A stretch of 64,000 nt of DNA from contig CAVQEQ010000001.1 of NCBI GenBank assembly GCA_963711565.1, positions 1,152,001-1,216,000 of the forward strand, written 5' to 3'. Below, one piece after another: positions 61,928-64,000 of the stretch. Origin of the DNA: an uncultured delta proteobacterium. Lineage in GTDB: Bacteria; Desulfobacterota; Binatia; Binatales; Binataceae. Both the position numbers and the translations under genes were made by a program. The stretch's first letter is position 1. Every line of letters begins with the position of its first letter. The notes under the pieces are model-generated. The model saw only the letters and a program-made list of their open reading frames with translations, had not been told where the DNA came from and did no database searches.

Positions 61928-62962
61928 GTGAAACGCGATCGAACTTCCCTGATCGACAAGTTGCTGCATAGCGACGAGCCCTCGATTCGATGGAAGGCGA
62001 TGGTTCGCGTCGTGGGCGAAGATCTTCATTCGCGGAAAGTCAGGGACCTGCAGGAGGAGATCAGGAAGTCGCCGCGCGCGCGAGCGTTGATCGCCGGGCG
62101 CGACAATCGGTTCGTGCGCGAGTCTTACGTTTACGCCAACTGGCGCGGGGCGCATTGGACGCTGTCGACGCTGGCCGAGATTGGCTATCCGGCGGGCGAT
62201 GAGTCGCTGATGCCGATGCGCGAGCAGGTGCTCGACTACTGGCTGGGCCATCAGTTCTACATGGAGATCGAGTCGAACAAGGCCGTACCGAAGCATCGCA
62301 GCGCCGAGGGCGTTCCGATAATCCAGGGGCGCTACCGGCGATGCGGATCGCAACAGGGCAACGCGCTGTATTCCATCACGAGGCTCGGTCTTGCGGACAA
62401 GCGCAGCGACTCGCTGGCGGAGCGCCTGATGCGTTGGCAATGGCCGGACGGGGGATGGAATTGCGACCGGATGCCGTCGGCGCATGTCTCCTCATTCAAC
62501 GAATCGTTGCTGCCGATGCTTGGGCTCGCGGCTCATGCGGAACGCACAAAAGATGCGGCAGCGCGCGCGGCGGCGATGAAGGCGTCGGAGGTCTTTCTGT
62601 GCCGGCGGCTGTTCAAGAGTCGAACGGACGGGACAGTGATTTCTCCGCATTGGTTGAGGCCGAAGTATCCGCGGTACTGGCATTACGACATGCTGGGCGG
62701 ACTCGTGGCGATGGCGGAGATGGGGCTCATCAACGATCCGGGCTGTGCCGATGCGCTCGACCTGCTCGAGCGCAAGGAGCTGCCGCGTGGAGGCTGGGCC
62801 GCGCAGGGGCGGTTCTACAAGGTGTCGACGAGCATGGATATGAGCACGCGGTTCGGGTCCATTTCCCAAGTTGACTGGGGCGGGAGCAGCAACGCTCGCA
62901 TGAACGAATGGGTCTCGGCGGACGCGCTCCACGTACTGCGCGCGGCGGGCCGAGTCTTTTAG
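61928..62962 (+). CDS. Hypothetical protein with prenyltransferase/squalene-cyclase-like alpha-alpha repeats
   Basis: QWPDGGWNC QW-like motif, YPRYWHYD and GGW. Coding-like codon usage. Confidence 0.6.
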   Translation: MKRDRTSLIDKLLHSDEPSIRWKAMVRVVGEDLHSRKVRDLQEEIRKSPRARALIAGRDNRFVRESYVYANWRGAHWTLSTLAEIGYPAGDESLMPMREQVLDYWLGHQFYMEIESNKAVPKHRSAEGVPIIQGRYRRCGSQQGNALYSITRLGLADKRSDSLAERLMRWQWPDGGWNCDRMPSAHVSSFNESLLPMLGLAAHAERTKDAAARAAAMKASEVFLCRRLFKSRTDGTVISPHWLRPKYPRYWHYDMLGGLVAMAEMGLINDPGCADALDLLERKELPRGGWAAQGRFYKVSTSMDMSTRFGSISQVDWGGSSNARMNEWVSADALHVLRAAGRVF

Positions 62963-62966
62963 AATG

Positions 62967-63389
62967 TTAGCGGGCGGTGGATTTCAGATTCGCGGCTTCA
63001 ACCCTGGCGCGGGCTAGTTGTAGGGCTTCATTGGCTGATTGGTAGGTTGGGTCGTAGAAGCTCAGGGTTGAGAATTGAGCGTCGGCTTCTTGTACTTGCT
63101 CGGCGGCGGCTGCTGCGTCGATCACTTCGGGGGATTCGGCGCTGCTCGCCAGCACTGTCAGCACGCTGTTTTTCACTTCGGCCAGGCCGCCGGAGACTAC
63201 CCAGTGCATCGCGGTGCCGTCGGGGAGCTTGGCTTCGAGGACGCCGGGCACCAGCGATGTGATGAAGTTGATGTGTTCGGGCAGAATACCGAATTCGCCT
63301 AGCGGGCCTATCGCCGAGACTTCCGCGGCCTCGCCTTCGAAGACTATGCCGGTGGGAGTTACCAGTACGAATGGGAAGGTTGAGGCCAT
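62967..63389 (-). CDS. atpC: ATP synthase F1 epsilon subunit
   Basis: LVTPTG, GEFGILPEH and VSGGLAEV. Follows atpD. Confidence 0.95.
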   Translation of the reverse strand: MASTFPFVLVTPTGIVFEGEAAEVSAIGPLGEFGILPEHINFITSLVPGVLEAKLPDGTAMHWVVSGGLAEVKNSVLTVLASSAESPEVIDAAAAAEQVQEADAQFSTLSFYDPTYQSANEALQLARARVEAANLKSTAR

Positions 63390-63404
63390 CGTGGGATTCC
63401 GGAG

Positions 63405-64000
<596 letters not shown>

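Overview
GC-rich bacterial chromosome segment. The gene content and style suggest Candidatus Binatia/Binatota or a related deltaproteobacterial lineage, but this is an inference only. Housekeeping genes are sthA, a divergent ppc, recQ, tpx, glnE, pip, aroA, atpC and the 3' part of atpD. The window also holds a GntR-linked aromatic/CoA catabolic cluster (two acyl-CoA dehydrogenases, two family III CoA-transferases, a LigB-like dioxygenase, an SDR, a p-cumate-like Rieske dioxygenase alpha/beta pair and an amidohydrolase). Other blocks are a secreted S53 peptidase with a long Thr-rich linker, tRNA-Sec next to an atypical archease, a corrinoid salvage module (bluB, cobT, cobS, cobU, cobalamin riboswitch, btuB) and an RHS polymorphic-toxin cassette. 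Five signals are not explained by the ORF track. (1) The RHS cassette lies between two diverged copies of the 3' end of pip, with no integrase. (2) A ~0.55 kb integrase-less islet is bounded by a duplicated selC 3' end. (3) A 45-aa His/Tyr/Trp/Gly-rich lipoprotein ORF has its own sigma54-type promoter and sits inside the cobalamin region. (4) A family of REP-like inverted repeats is present. (5) Four genes carry single-base frameshifts that are probably read errors, three of them at GCCGGC or CTCGAG sites. All calls come from motif reading and none was confirmed by database search.
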